A stretch of 64,000 nucleotides of DNA from Psammoneis japonica (Eukaryota). Positions within the stretch are counted from its first letter, which is position 1. The number at the start of each line of letters is the position of its first letter. Below, piece after piece: positions 25,154 through 38,770 of this stretch. Location of the stretch: positions 129,719 through 193,718 of the forward strand of contig QPGO01000040.1 in the NCBI GenBank assembly GCA_008632985.1. The letters are read 5' to 3'. The translations under genes were made by a program, and so were the position numbers. The notes beneath the pieces were generated by a model, which searched no databases, had not been told where the DNA came from, and saw only the letters and a list, made by a program, of their open reading frames with translations.

Positions 25154-25473
25154 GCCGCTGACGATCAATTTGTCGCCATCGTCGGATGGGACAGAACGGA
25201 ATCCGTACCGGAAGTGCATAGTGTAGCATTTCTTTCCGGTGCAAGTGGGTTTTGGACTGTTCTGCATCCGACGGAAAAAACTTTGTCATTTTTTGTTTTG
25301 ATTTGGAGACATTGTCAAGCTCTGCGCAAAAACGAGGCCCTTGTTGGTCTTGTATGATTGCCAGAGTTTTGTTCGCTGTTGACAAGGAGGAGCGAAAAAG
25401 AGTGTATTTGTAATTAGTTGGAACTACTCTTGGTAAAGGACAAGAAGGCACCTTGGTTGTCGTCAAGATTTTG

Positions 25474-25542
25474 TTACATGCCAGAATGACGCTTTGGATC
25501 TTCCCCAAGGATGGGAACCAAACGCTGATATGGATTGTGTAC
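25474..25542 (+). promoter_or_regulatory. Candidate eukaryotic SECIS element
   Basis: AUGAC core at 25486, ~12-bp helix gctttggatctt/gggaaccaaacgc, 3' UGAU at 25526, lower helix tacat..cca/tgg..tgtgta. The apical loop ccccaaggat lacks a canonical leading AA. Confidence 0.45.
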
Positions 25543-25924
25543 GCTTGACAGCGACTAGTGTGCCTTGTTCTTTCAAGACGTGTCCCCACAAGAAATAATT
25601 GGAAGAGAGGGCTTCATAGTGCCTGGCATTTCTGTGTGCCGCTTGCGTGTGGCGCAAGAAAGCGCTTCTTTGCAGTGTGGTTGGGCGGTTTCTTTTCTCG
25701 TAGTAGATGCAGAATGTAAGGTGTTATAGAGTCGGAGAGTTGCTCTTTCTGTTGCACTGTGCGCCCCAGTTGGAAGCCGCAATATAGTAGCGTGTTGCTG
25801 CTTGCGCACTGTGAGTGATAACCCAGTACATGGCACGGGATACTGTATGTTGCAAGACCCTTTTCTTTACTCTCTAGCTAGAGAGCAGCCGCACTCTATC
25901 CAGCAGCCGACAGCTTCCTCTTAC

Positions 25925-27840
25925 TTCAGAGTTTTTATTTTGGTCCTCCTTTCACAAAACTGTCCCTTGAGGTGGCACCTGATTGCTTTCACAGTGCACC
26001 AGTGCCCGAGTTTGTGGAATGAGAGAACAGGTGCCATTGCCAAACTGGCAAACCCACATTGGAGCCTGATCAAGAGTTTCTTAGCCAGCGCTGCTTGCCC
26101 ATGTGTGAAGACCAGCAATGTGCTGATCTCCAGCAATTTCAACTTGGACAAAAACCATTTGGTTTCAAGCAGGTGGACCAAACAACAAGTGCCATCATGC
26201 TGACACTCACGACTGTCCTGACAATGTCTGACACCAGAGTGCAGCAGTCCAACGATGTCTCAACAGCCCCATTGTGGCAAAGCTCATTGAATTGAAAACA
26301 CTTCCAAGAAGCACTGGCTGCACGTGTGACAGTGACAGTGAGTCTTTTGTTGAGTTCTGTGTTTGCATGATGGCTGACCTTGACTGCCCAGTTGGTGGGA
26401 CATGCAAATGTCCAGAGAAAAAGGTGCTCGATGTGTTTGATCAGGATGAACAAGCTGTCTTCAAGCCTTTTTTGTTGAGCAGCAAATCTTGGTCAGGGCC
26501 CAATGGAGAAAGGACCCTGTTGCCAAAAGATGATGGAGGCAGAGCAGTGCCACCAACTTTCCAGTGGTGGTGCCATGGTGAGGTGTGGGGCTTGGACATG
26601 ACAGTGCAGAATTTCTGCAGAGATCATTCTTGCCAGGATCAGAGCTGCCCAACCCCCCAAGCTTTTCTCCAAGCAGATGATGCTGAAGCCGCCAAAGTGG
26701 TGTGCAGCCAATCTGGCACCAAGCTGTTGTTGACTGGCAGCCCACTCTTGAAGGAGTCAGAGCATGGAGCAAACAACAAAGAAGGCTCTGCTCTGGAGCT
26801 GCAGCCACACAGGGGTGTCTCCAGCTGGAAGATTGCTGTGTGATTGTGTTTGAAGGGACGAGCCACACACCCAGGGTGCATTTTCTGTCCCCCATTTGAC
26901 CACTCCTGCAGCCATGACAGAAATCTGACAGCCTCACAAGCAGCAAGTGGACCTGTGAATTCTGGGTTGGTGATGCACACAGAGCAAGGAGAGCAGATCA
27001 GCAAGATTGAACACACACACACCAAGAGGGACATCTGGGTCCGTGCGCCATTGTTGTTTTGGCAAGCTGTCCATTTGCCAGGGCAGAGAATGACTTTTGT
27101 TGAGGAAAATGAGGGGCCACATTGGATGGTGCCAGAAGAGCATGGTGCAACAGCGTGCAACGTGCTGCCCATTTGATGCCAAATGCCAAACTGTGATGTG
27201 AGAGCTCTGGCTGATGTGGCTGTGATCACGAAACATTCAGCAAGCTCATGTGAAAAAAATGCCATGCATTGGAGGAAAAAAGGACAAGTTCACAGAGATG
27301 TCTGAAGCAAGTGATGCACCTGTTGAGGAGACAATCCAAAAAGTGAAAGAGGGTTGGACAGGAGAAGCAAAAAAAGGGCTGAGAGACAAGTGCCGAGTGG
27401 GTGCAACTCAACCGACCCCGCCAAGCACAAAAAATGCCACACAGTGAATGGCTCCAAAGCCGATGGTCAGATTGACCCACCCACATTGCTTGCTTGCTTG
27501 ACAATGAACTGCGACAACTTCATCAATGAAGAGACCTTGCTCCAGATGGTGGGTTGCAAAATGGGGCGGGGGGGCGCGACAGAGTGACAAGAGCTGCACT
27601 CCAAAATGCTGCTCAGAATCATGGAGGCCACAGCAATGTGAGCATGACATTTCATGATGTGAAACTGTGCCAGAAGCATGCAAAATGAATGCATTGTTTG
27701 TGCGGTGTGTTTCAACAACACAGACAATTGCATCAAATTGATGAGAGGGCATCATTTCCTGTGATGACGCAGGAGCACCATCAATCTGAAATGGGCGGGG
27801 GTCGTGCGGGGCCTGGGGCACAAGTCACGTTCAGTGCTGT
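25925..27840 (+). mobile_element. Degenerate DDE-type DNA transposase remnant, heavily TA/CG-mutated
   Basis: Fragments QDEQAVFK..KSWSGPNGERTLLPKDDG, SPLL..EHGANNKEG, LQLEDC and FDHSCSHDR resemble a Tc1/IS630-like eukaryotic transposase family from memory. About one TA in 1.9 kb. Confidence 0.55.
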
Positions 27841-28081
27841 TAGATGATGGACAAGGGTTGTTTGTGGGCATGATGTGGTTGCAAGTCGCAATCGAGTAGT
27901 CAGTCGTCGGTCTTAGTCGATCGACTCTTCATCATTTCGTTGTCTCCGGTCCGGGCCGCACGACCTGCCAGTACAAAGTACAAACTGATGTCGAGTTCTT
28001 CGCTCTAATTTACCACCTCATCGCCTCACACTCAACGCACACAAAGAAAATGCAGAATAAACAGAACATGCCTTGCTGGCC

Positions 28082-30491
28082 ATGATGAGATGGACGGCTC
28101 CAGCCGCAACTGCAGCAAGAAGGCAAGTCTACTCTACTGCACAACCACAACAACTCGACAATGAAAAACATGTTTCGCAGTTTGATTTATATTCGCAGCC
28201 TCTCTGTGAAAAAGAGACGAAACGCAGCAACAAATTTTCTCTCGTCCTCCGAAACAACTTCTTTGCCCCGTACTTTGGTCTGTTGAAAGTGACGGCACAG
28301 GTTTTGACAGGTGCTATTGTTTTAGCAGCTATTGTCTATCTGTTGAGTCCCCATCCATGGCGTGTTGGTGGAATTGTCGTGGCCACCTTGCTGAATGTTC
28401 ATGATGGAAAGTCCTATGTGCACGCGTTGAGAAATCCCCTCTATCGCGATTTACAACAGGGTGTTTTTTACAATGATGTTTCGGCCAATTCCGACAAGAG
28501 TGTGCAATTACTAGTATCGACTACTATACTGTATCCAAAGAAATCCATAACGGTATCGTGGGAGGGATCTGTCTTTGACGAGGATGTCATAATCATGTTG
28601 TGTGGAAATGAAACTTCCACTCTGGACCACGTTATCGACCCGTCACTCATTCTCGAAGCGGCCACGATTCGTCAAGCCAAGACGACCAGTCTTCAAAACA
28701 AATTATATGATGACAATACCGAATCACAAAACACCAATCCTGATGACGACGAGAATAATTCATGGTACATTTCCAATTTTCCCGTACTACGACATGATCA
28801 ATGTCGATTCTTATTGTATCGCAACCACTACAAACGAAAACTTTATCCTCTTGCATCATCCAATCTCGTTGTGCTGCAAAATCACAAACAAACACCCGTG
28901 GGTGTGCACTTGGCCTATACCAATGATCCAACCAGCATGGTGGTGCACTTTACAACGGGACTCCTAGACAATACACAACCCGTGGTGGCTTACTATCCAT
29001 CGAATGATAATAATGATGGAGACTACAACTATGTCAATGGCGGAACGACAACTACGTACGATGCGGATAATCTTTGTCGTCCACCCGCCAACCGATTGGC
29101 ACCCGGACACTTTTCACATCCGGGCGCCATGCATGCCGTGACCATGACGGACTTGACCGCCGGCTATACCTATCAATACCGTGTGGGATTGCAAGATTTG
29201 GAGAATGATGAAAGCATCCTTGTTTGGTCAGATACATTTGAATTCACCGCGGCATTAGAACCGGGCGACACGACGCCTTTTTCCTATCTTGTCTATGCCG
29301 ATCAGGGATGTCCCCATGAGGGTGGTTGGAGTCTGGCACGAAACTGGATGGAGGGTTTGTTGCAACGCAGTAGTACTAGTCAAGAATCATCCCTACAAAT
29401 TGTGGCGCTACATCACTTTGGTGATTTGAGTTATGCCATGGGTGCATCGCATCAATGGGATGCGTGGTTGGATACCATGGAACTTGTAGCTGCGAAATGG
29501 CCACTCATGATTGCCATTGGTAATCATGAATACGATTACACGTCTGTAGCAGACAATGCCGACTTTCAAGATCCATCGGGATGGGATTATACCATGAGCG
29601 GTGGTGGTAGTTATAGTCCAGCGTGGGGGAACTTTCGTGATGATAGCAGTGAGTAAAAGACAGTTCTTCATTCTTGTTTTTATTCCCCTGATGATATCAT
29701 TCTCATTTCCAAAATTCCACTTTACGTTGCTCCAACGACGCAAGAGGGCGAATGCGGCGTACCCACCGCTTCGAGATTTACCATGCCAGCCTCGGACAGT
29801 GAAGCCAATGGTCTCTTTTGGTATTCTCACGAGTACGGCTTGGTACACACAACTGTCTTGTCGGCGGAACACAACATGTCGGTGGGATCACCACAATACG
29901 AATGGTTAGCACAAGACTTGGCAAATGTCGATCGCTCCACGACACCTTGGTTGGTGCTGGAAATGCACCGTCCCTTGTACGAGTCGGAAACGTACTTTAG
30001 TGACAATGTCGTTTCCATTGCCATGCGTGGCAAGATTGAAGATTTGCTTTTCGAAAACAAGGTGGATCTCTTGCTGTCGGGTCATTATCACGCCTATCTA
30101 CGTACCTGCCAAGGACTGTACAAGAGCCAATGCGGAGTTGCCGGGGCACCCATGCACATTACCGTCGGGACTGCTGGGGTGGGGTTGGACAATGCAGCCT
30201 TGTATTTCAACAATTGGACGGCAAAGGTACGTGCTAAGAGAATGATTGTGCCATTGTCTTGCTAGTTGGATAGAAGATTTTCAAATAGCGCATACGCGTA
30301 ACCAATCACCTTGTTCCTTTACATGCCTTGCATTTGACTTACAGTTTATCAACACTGAGTTTGGTTTTGGTAGAATAACGGTCCACAATTCAACAGCAAT
30401 GCACTTTGAGTTTATTCGTGCTGGGGGTGTGGACGAAGAAGGAGCGGGTGAGACGCTGGATGAGGTTTGGTTGGTCCGCGATCGAGAGTAG
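28082..30491 (+). CDS. Purple acid phosphatase-family metallophosphoesterase; introns 29649-29744 and 30227-30344
   Basis: Metal motifs ADQG, GDLSYA, GNHEYD, MHRPLY and GHYHAY. DS-K-GECGVP forms across a splice. FN3-like N-domain and N-terminal TM. Confidence 0.9.
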
Positions 30492-30865
30492 TGCGGTAGC
30501 TTTCTACCCGAGTAGAACCTTTCAGTACAAGATTAATGTATTCCAAACAAGCAGTGTCAGGACCAGGCGACGTTACTGAGTGTCTGGTGTGAAGAAAGAG
30601 AGTTGCCGAGAAGATGCTTTCACTTGAGTTGCTTTGTCTGAACACAAGAAGTCCTCAGAATAGCAGTGAGCCATGATTTTGGGTTTGTCGATAATCTTTG
30701 CTAGAAAGTGAGGACGGCATGGCGCGACTGGGCCCAGGACAGTACCGTGACGGAACTTAATGAGCTGTTCTTCCTTGAAAATTATTAGTAAATGCCTCGG
30801 GGCACGACTGGGAGAGCTGGAATATCCTTTCCTCGCAAGAGAAGAGCTTCCGTCAAAGGCATGAA

Positions 30866-32697
30866 CTATTTTAAACTTTTACGTAACCTGTCAAGAAGGC
30901 CCTGCGTTTCATTGACAATGGCAACAATCGTGTCTTGATCCTCGGCCGTCATTTGCTTCGACCGAACTTTCTTTTCGATTTGACTTGTAAGTGCATTCAA
31001 TTGTTTTTTGGCCATTTCAAAGCTCTTTAACGTCAGAGGCTGTTTCGTGACGCACGTTTTTGCCAGTCGAGCCTTTCGAACCACGTTCCAGGGTTTTTTC
31101 AAAGTGGGTATTTCGCGAATGGCAAAAATGATTCTGTTCAGACGCTTTCGGACCTTATTCACAGTTTTCAACTGGTCGGGGATCACCTTGGCTTTGGTAA
31201 TTGTCACAGTTGCGCACTCTCGGACCGTTGGGCGGTGGTCAAACTTGACAGTAATGCATGCCATCACGGTAGTAGGTAGCCGGGAAATGTCACTGCATGT
31301 AAGGCGCGGGCGCAAGACTTTCTTCTTGTTGAATCTGCACATTTCATTGTTGATCGTCCACAGATATCTCCCCGCAGCAGTGCTGTTTACTTCCTTTAGA
31401 TAAATCGGCTCGTTGAGCTTCCCACTGTAAGGCCCACCCACATTGACGGTCGCTTCTGGCGACGGAAGACACTTGAGCGTCGGGTAGCTTCCCGGTTCCA
31501 ACGTCCAAATATCAGCGTCCCAACTCATCATGGGCTCGTTGCTGTGATTCTGGAAATGACGTGGTTCCGCCACCATGCTTATATTAGTTGGTCCTACCTC
31601 AACTACGAAGGGGCTATCATACATCCTCGGGGTCACCAAGTGCAGGACTCGCCACGGCGTAGTTGTTAAGGAAGGAATAGCTGCGTTCCGGTCTCAAGCT
31701 ACCAATCAAGCCACCCAAGTATGGCCCAGCGAATGTTCCAGCCGCAAAGGTATTCTCAACGGTACTGACATGACAAGCACAGCTTGTTCCCAATAATCCG
31801 ACGAGCCCTCCCACCTCGTCAAAATCAGATGAATCTTTTCTAATTGGCTTCCACTTTACCTCGCTCTGCGTAGCTAGACTATTCCGAATCTGTCCTTTTC
31901 TTCCGACAAGACCGCCGAGCGGGCCATCACATTCCGCAGAGCCGCCAGCTGCACAACTATTCTCAACCGTCGCGAAGCCCGCGCCAAGCAAGCCTCCACA
32001 AGAACGGTCGACCGTGACTTCTACACGACTCGCGCTGTACCTGTTGACGTGCCCTTCGGTCAAAAATCCAATTAAACCGCCGACATACAAGGCACCTGCT
32101 GCGGTTCCGTCCATGGCATGGCAGCATGAGCAGTGAACGCCCTCTACAAATCCAATGAGTGCACCAACACTGCTGTCGGCACTGCCAACAGATGCATTTC
32201 TGACGACAACATTTTCAACGACCACCCAAGTGTCTCGCCTGAAAAAGAATCTCGCAAAACCCCCTCCCATCCTCAGCCACAGAAAAGTCATCAAGCACAA
32301 GATCCTTGACCGTGGCAGTCCAAAACTTGCTGCTCTGAATGCGATGAACGAGTCCTGCGAATCTAAAGCTGTCTTCAATGTGCAAATCTCGAGCAGCATG
32401 CCCGCTCCCATTGAAAGATCCTGCAAATGGACTTTTCAAGCCTGTTGGCACAAAGTTGTCATGTGGATCAGCCTGAAGATCCTTTGTCAATGTGCAATGC
32501 AAGTCAATTCCGTTTGCTTCGATGCTCTTCAGATCTTGGCAAGTGGAAATTTCGCGCGGGTGGTTTTCCATTTTTCCGCAACCGTGCACGAATTCTGAGG
32601 TTGCTGGTTGTGTCAAAGCATTCACAAACAGAATGCCAACAATTGTGTTGCCAGCGCAGCTCTTGGGCTTCTTCATCCTTGCAATGTTTGGTTTCAT
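30866..32697 (-). pseudogene. GLUG-motif repeat secreted protein with C-terminal PKD-like domain; frameshifted, 5' half TA-mutated
   Basis: ISTCQDLKSI..LTKDL..F.P.G...PFAGSFNGSGH..DL, repeated VGGLVG/LGGLIG, and VNVGGPYSG..YLW. Split over three frames. Confidence 0.65.
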
Positions 32698-32749
32698 GTG
32701 TGCGTGTCTCTCTCTCTTTCTCCATTTCTTCTCCATTTCTTCTCTCTCT

Positions 32750-34850
32750 TGTCATTTTTTTTGTGTGAATTTGTGCGTGAGAACGCAGTCACATGATCAA
32801 CAGTTTCGGTTGAAATCCACAGCTCTCTTCAGCAGCAGTTTTCATGACAGTCTTGCAAGTTTGCTGAGTTGAGGCTGCATTTCACACCAAGTGAAAACAA
32901 GGCAAACACACTGGTGACAAAGAACGAGAAGCCGGTTGGAACTCACGACAAGGAGACAGTGTCAAAATTGCCATGGACACAAGAAAACAATGAAGTGCCA
33001 CATCGCACCCAGTTGTGTCAATTGTGAATGCAGACAGTCAGCGGGTTTCAAAAATGACACTCACCAGGTCTTTTCAGCGTGTGACAGCACGACACATGAT
33101 GTGATGGATGGCACTCTGATTCTTGTTTCATCATTTTTCTGGGTTCAATCATGTTGATTGCACTGCTTCTGCTGCACAGAGAATGTTGTGCAGTTGGTTG
33201 ATGAGCGTTTGTGAGCTCATTGCCTGCAAGACATTTTTGCTCAATGCAGCAAATCACATGGAAGAAATCGGGGCAACAAAGAGACACTTGACAAATGAAA
33301 CATTTGTTGGGGCAATGCTGGCAAAGCAGGTGCAGTGCAAGCACTGCTGTGCTGGTGGTGTGCAAAACCCACAGCAATTTGAAACTGCTGGGAAGAGCAA
33401 TGCCGTCATGTGCTGCACAAAAGAAGTGTGCAGTGCAAGACACTGCATCCCCATTCCACTGTGGCAGAGCTGTTTGCAGGGCAACAATTAAAAAAAAGAT
33501 GGTGGTGGCAATGGGGTGAAGCATCTCTTGGAGAGGCAAAGTGACCATTGGGTCCTTTGCCTGTCTTGCACCTGAACCCGCCACTGGTGGAGATGGCTTT
33601 TTTTCTCAGAGGATCATCAAAAATGAATGTTTGAAATTTTGGAAGGTGGGCCAGGGCATCAAATGATGCTCTGCATTCCAAGAGCACTCTTTTTGCATGC
33701 TTGGGTGGCACAAGCTTGGAAATTTGGGTGCTGCCAACCAATGCGGGCATGCTGCAGAGTGAGGGTTTTGTGTTCTCTCTTGACAGACACCTCATTGTCC
33801 TTCAAATGTGTTCTTGGGCTGAGTGGCACTTTGCCCTCTCTCTTGGAGCACAGCTCTTGAGGGCAGATGTCAGGCTTGCTGCTCTTGAAATTGCCCCAAA
33901 AAGCAGATCATCATGACCCACTGTCACATGGCTGATGCTGTCATTTTCTTGCCATCCTTTTGCCAAGTGAGTGCAGGCAGTGCGGCAGCCACATTGAAGG
34001 CCAACTCGCCGCACACTGTCACACTGCAGTGAGTTTGGGTGTGCATGAGTTTGGGCACATGTGCGCACTCACCCATCTTGACAACCTCAATCTGCGGTGC
34101 CCCAGCTGGTTTCCAGCCAACCAGCCTCACTCACCATGCAGCAGCTGATGAAAGATCTCTGAGCTCATGTCTTTGCTCCATGTTTGAAGAACAGAAACAT
34201 GAGGGCTGACATGCGCCGATTTGAGCAAAGTTGTTGCATGTCTTTTTCAAGCTGTGCAGAACTGAGCAAGCTCCTTGACAAAAAGAGGCAATGTGATGTT
34301 GCTGCCTCTGTGGGAAGCGACACTGAGAAGGGACAGTTGTTGGACATCGTGCTTCTCAAAGAGTGATGGAGTGTGCTTGTCTCCTTGGCTTGAGATGGGG
34401 ATTCAACAACAAGGCTGAAACAAGGAAGTTTGGCAGTTGAGTGAACACCACATGCTGGCACTTGTCAAACAGCAACCTCCAAGCCAACCAGTCAATCCCG
34501 AATCCCACAAACTGGAGCCTGAGTGAAAAGCTTGGGCATGCCTGAGTGTCCCTTCAACCCAGAACCATGGAAAGGCCAGAGTGTCAAGCACTGAGCACTT
34601 GCTGCTTGACAAAGTGACATCAGAAGAACTTTGCAGCAGTTGTGCTGACACAACCAGCCCCCCAACCCACCCACCCACACCCACACACACACAAGGCAAA
34701 TGCAGTCCGTCACATTGCAACAGCTCAAACAAGTGAAAAGCTCTGCTCAAGACCCAAAGCCGGTGGATCGAGATTTCTAGTTTTTGGAAACCGGCACTTT
34801 CCATGGACCACTTGCCTCAGTGGCAGCACAAAAATGACTCTCAACTAGAC
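32750..34850. mobile_element. TA-depleted degenerate block, possibly a PIF/Harbinger-like remnant
   Basis: Near-total TA loss. Weak fragments AGFKN..QVFSAC....MDGTLI and RRFEQSCCMSFSSCAELSKLL. The family call is tentative. Confidence 0.35.
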
Positions 34851-35043
34851 TCGTAGAAAAAAAGGATGCGCCTTTGTCCTTTCTAGCACGACCATTACAC
34901 GAGAAAGCCAGAAAACTCTGGCCCTCCTTGCATGGCCGTGATCGTTGCACGAGATGACGATTGTGGATAGTAGTGTCCTAGCTATGCTATTTGCTCATGG
35001 TAGTCTAATACATAGTGCATCAAAATGACGGTTTGAAAAATCT

Positions 35044-38000
35044 CTAGCTGTCTTCGTATCGAATAAACAGTCTAGCCCCGTTCCCAGATTGGTGTGTCCT
35101 TACTCTTCGCGTTGACGGTGAGCCCTTGTTTGTCAGGATAAACTTGATCGCATTTCCATTCGAGTATTCGTCTTTGTTGACAATTTCTTGTACAATCGAT
35201 GTCACATCGCCAATTGTGTTGTATTGATTAACTTTCCATGGGGGCAAGTCATTCACCACTACGGTGGCTGCCGTCTTTTCTGCATATTTTAACTCGAATT
35301 CTTCATTTGTGAACGGAGGGGAATCGGCAACGTCTTCACCTTGTATTATACCTGAGATGTCTGCTTTCATGGAGGCTCTGCGAGTACCGAAAAACTCAAG
35401 GCGAGCTTCCAAAACTCTGGCACCAGAAGGGACGGGGACTTGTCGAAATCGATACGCATACCTGGGAAGGCCGGGCGTCCACAGTAGATGCGTTTTCGAC
35501 GTTGGCCGAATTGCACCGCTACTAGTTTCGACACAGTCATCACGATTGTCTGTTATTTCTAGCCAGGTCTCCTTTTCTTGGATCGTCTGCTTGCTCTTCT
35601 TTAAGCTTCCTCCATCTTTGTATTTCACCCGAAGTATTGGGCCCTTTCCTTGTTCTGGTGTCAAAATCCGACGTCCTGATGTGCCAGCATCTCCCATTAG
35701 AAAGATTTCGATAGAATTCCCTTGATTGTACTCGGTTTGTCCAACAACCTCTTGTAAAACTGGGGTAACGTCAACCAGTTGCTCATACCGACCTGGCTTC
35801 CAAGCAGGTATCCCTGGGCCAACGTCCGATACAGCCTGTGTTTTGGGAGCTTTAGTAATGAAATTAGATGCTCTCTTGATGCGAGAAGCATCGCCCACAG
35901 CATGACCGACAGCTTGGCCGTACATGGCACGTTTCAGGAATTTCAATTTATCAATAGGATGAACGAGTAGCACAGCTGATTCAATTTCAACGCCGTTGGG
36001 GATGCTTGAATCAGCACTTGATTCGAAGCGAAAGCCCAGCATATTCCAGTTTGGTCCAAACAAAGTTTCAACGTCAGATACTGTACGTACGGTGCCGTCA
36101 TCTCGTTCACGATACACATTTTGAGTGGAAGATATCGAAAGTTCCACCGTTTTCGAAGCAACTTGAGCCACCGAAGCAGCAATAGTCTTTGGGCCTTCTT
36201 GGATGCCGTCCGTTGCGCTACTTGGCAATGAAGGACATGAAGGCGTCTCGGTGCCATCTTCCAAATATATCAAGACTTCGGCGGTGTCAGGAGGGCCATA
36301 CTTTTGACTGCATACATCAATGACGAGAACAGTGTCTTTACCATCCCAGTCATCGAAGCGAAATGCATTGTCTCGTTCAGATAGACCCGCCAATAGCCAA
36401 CTTTGTCCACTGGGCCCTTGCTGTTGCACGACAGTGACATCGTCGGCATTCATGGTGACCTGCGAGTTTATCCCTTTCTTACGGTTATATATGAGAAAGA
36501 GATCAGGTGATGCACTTGACGGTATTCGGACAACGACATTTTGACTTCCGTCGTCCTTGATGGATCCTGAAACGTAGTCGTCGACGCCAACGAGTTCTCC
36601 CATCCAAGACCCCTTTGTAGGATCGATATCGACTTGAGCGTCCTCGTACCAGCCCAAGTAATAACTTTTTGCGCCATTGAAGCACATTCTTGGAGCATCG
36701 TCTTCGTACACGTGTGCTCCCATCATACAAGTCCCATCATCATAGGACAGAGTCCCTTTGCCAGAATGTCTGCGTAAAGAATAGTATGTGAGACAGCGAT
36801 TTGAAGAGAGTATAAGGTCACCCATCGACAATAACTCACTTATTGCCGAGCATGTGTCCAATCTCATGCATAAGAACCAGTAAGTTACTGCTGAACTGAT
36901 TTAAAAAGACAGAATGTCTTGAATGGAGATATGTGTAGGCGGCCGCACCAGAAAAGTTGACAGTGTCGGGCAATATAAACATGACAAAGGTCCACTGATC
37001 CAGAGGGCCGAGACTTTCAGGTGCCAATCTAAGCACCCAGTTTTCAACAACCGAACTTGATTGAAATCTTAACTCTGCAGGGATTTGCAATTCTACCACA
37101 CCGTTGACGATATTCTCCCCGTCCGCTGGTATGAAATCCAGTTTACCGCCAGAGCATGCCTTGTACTGGGATTTCTGTGAGCAATGAAAGCAACCGATTA
37201 GGATTGCCGGTGAGTGTAATTTAGAATGAATGAAACGGTGGCGATTTTTTTCGCATGATCACTTACAAGATTGTGTTCGTCGTCAACGGTACCGAATATG
37301 TCATCCGACAGTTGGGTGGCAGTACTCTCCGGTCTGTTTCCGAATATGTCAGACACCCGAATTACGAGCAAAGTGTGATTGCCTTCCGGTAAGATTTCCG
37401 TTCTTCTTCTCTGACGGAATCCCTCTTCACCTCTAGGCGCATCCGATAGTGCAAGAGTCGATCCCCGGGGAATTCGAAAGATATCAGTGGTTAGCACGTC
37501 AAAGTTGGGATCTTCGGATCCTTCGTCGTATGTAATAGATAGAATCGTTTCTCCACTCTTAATTTTGTTTTCATGGCGGGCATAGAAATTCGGAGATATG
37601 CCCTTTAGAGTCAAAATTGCATTGTCAAAGTCGTGAAACTCGCATTGCCATTCATGTCGTTCCTCTTCACCCTCGGCAGGTTCGAAACCTGGGGCAAAGA
37701 GGTAAATGGCCTCCATCAATACGCATTTCAACGTCTTTTTTACTGGTGGTACAGAATCTGCAGTTGCCATGATCGCAACTTTATCTGATTTCAAATGGTC
37801 AGGCATTGGTTCCTCCGGAGCATGAATTGGAAGCATTTCTTGTTCCGAGCTGTTGTCGGGTATAACGTCCGGTGGAGCTAGTATTGGCATTTTCTGGTTC
37901 TGCATGTATTCTGGGAGTGGGTCTGATGGAGCTGAATTGGTGCCTGTCGCACCATCAACAAGGGGATCGGCGGGGGGCATCACAGCCATTTCTTTTCGCC

Positions 38001-38252
38001 TCAGAAACTCTTTATGACCACGCCGTTGACGATTTCTTCTTTCGTTATACATGCCATTAACGTTCTGAACAGAGTAGAGAGGGCGTGAACATTACGAGCA
38101 ATGTAAGTGGGCACCGTGGTCGTAGAGTCAGACCACAACGAGTACAGAGATTTCTAGCAACTCACTTTTTTGTCCTCTGCACCAATCACAAATCCCCATT
38201 GCGATGATGCGGTTGTAAATGCAACCACTGCCAGCGAGAACAGCAATCTCAT
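35044..38252 (-). CDS. Secreted M11 (gametolysin-like) metzincin protease A with two C-terminal repeat modules; multi-exon
   Basis: Signal MRLLFSLAVVAF, SQYKACSGGKL, HEIGHMLGNK-HSG across a splice, Met-turn DGTCMMG, CFNGAKSY.LGWY. Confidence 0.85.
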
Positions 38253-38654
38253 GGTGATTCGGTCTAGGAAGTGATTATTGATGACTAGTTCTCTTGATGC
38301 TGTAATTGTTTGCAGCCATCAGCAAGCGAAGGAGTTGTAATGACCCCCGTCAAACACATTTGCCCCTCAGGCCTGAGGGCTAAATGTTGAGCGACAAAAT
38401 GTATCAAAATGTCTTCTCATGAGGCATTTCTGGTAGAAATAAGGGGGCATAGAACGTCAATGCCTTTTTGAAACAAGTAGGGACTGTAGAGTAGAGAACT
38501 GACAAATGACTGCAGCTTCGCTGATATGCCCCATTTCAACGGGACTAGAGAGAGAGTATCGTACAGTACCGTACCGTAGGAACGAAAAGTCGAAAAGTCA
38601 CATCAGTGACCGAGTCGCCTTTTAGTCTAAGTAGTCAATCAATCCGTCCCCGTC

Positions 38655-38770
38655 CTGCTCTATCTCTCTACTCTCTCTATTCTCTAGTAGAGAAAGAGAG
38701 AGAGAGAGAGAGAGGGCCCTACTCTCTACTTTAAGTAGAGAGAGAGAGGGCCCTATTCTAGCTAGTATAA
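38655..38770. repeat. CT/AG palindromic microsatellite-like tract
   Basis: ctctctattctctagtagagaaagagag(ag)n and gggccctactctctactttaagtagagagagagagggccc. Confidence 0.75.

Noticed and set aside
32936..34848. Overlapping Cys-rich ORFs as real genes
   Set aside because: Same stop-codon depletion artefact. At best they are fragments of a decayed transposon.
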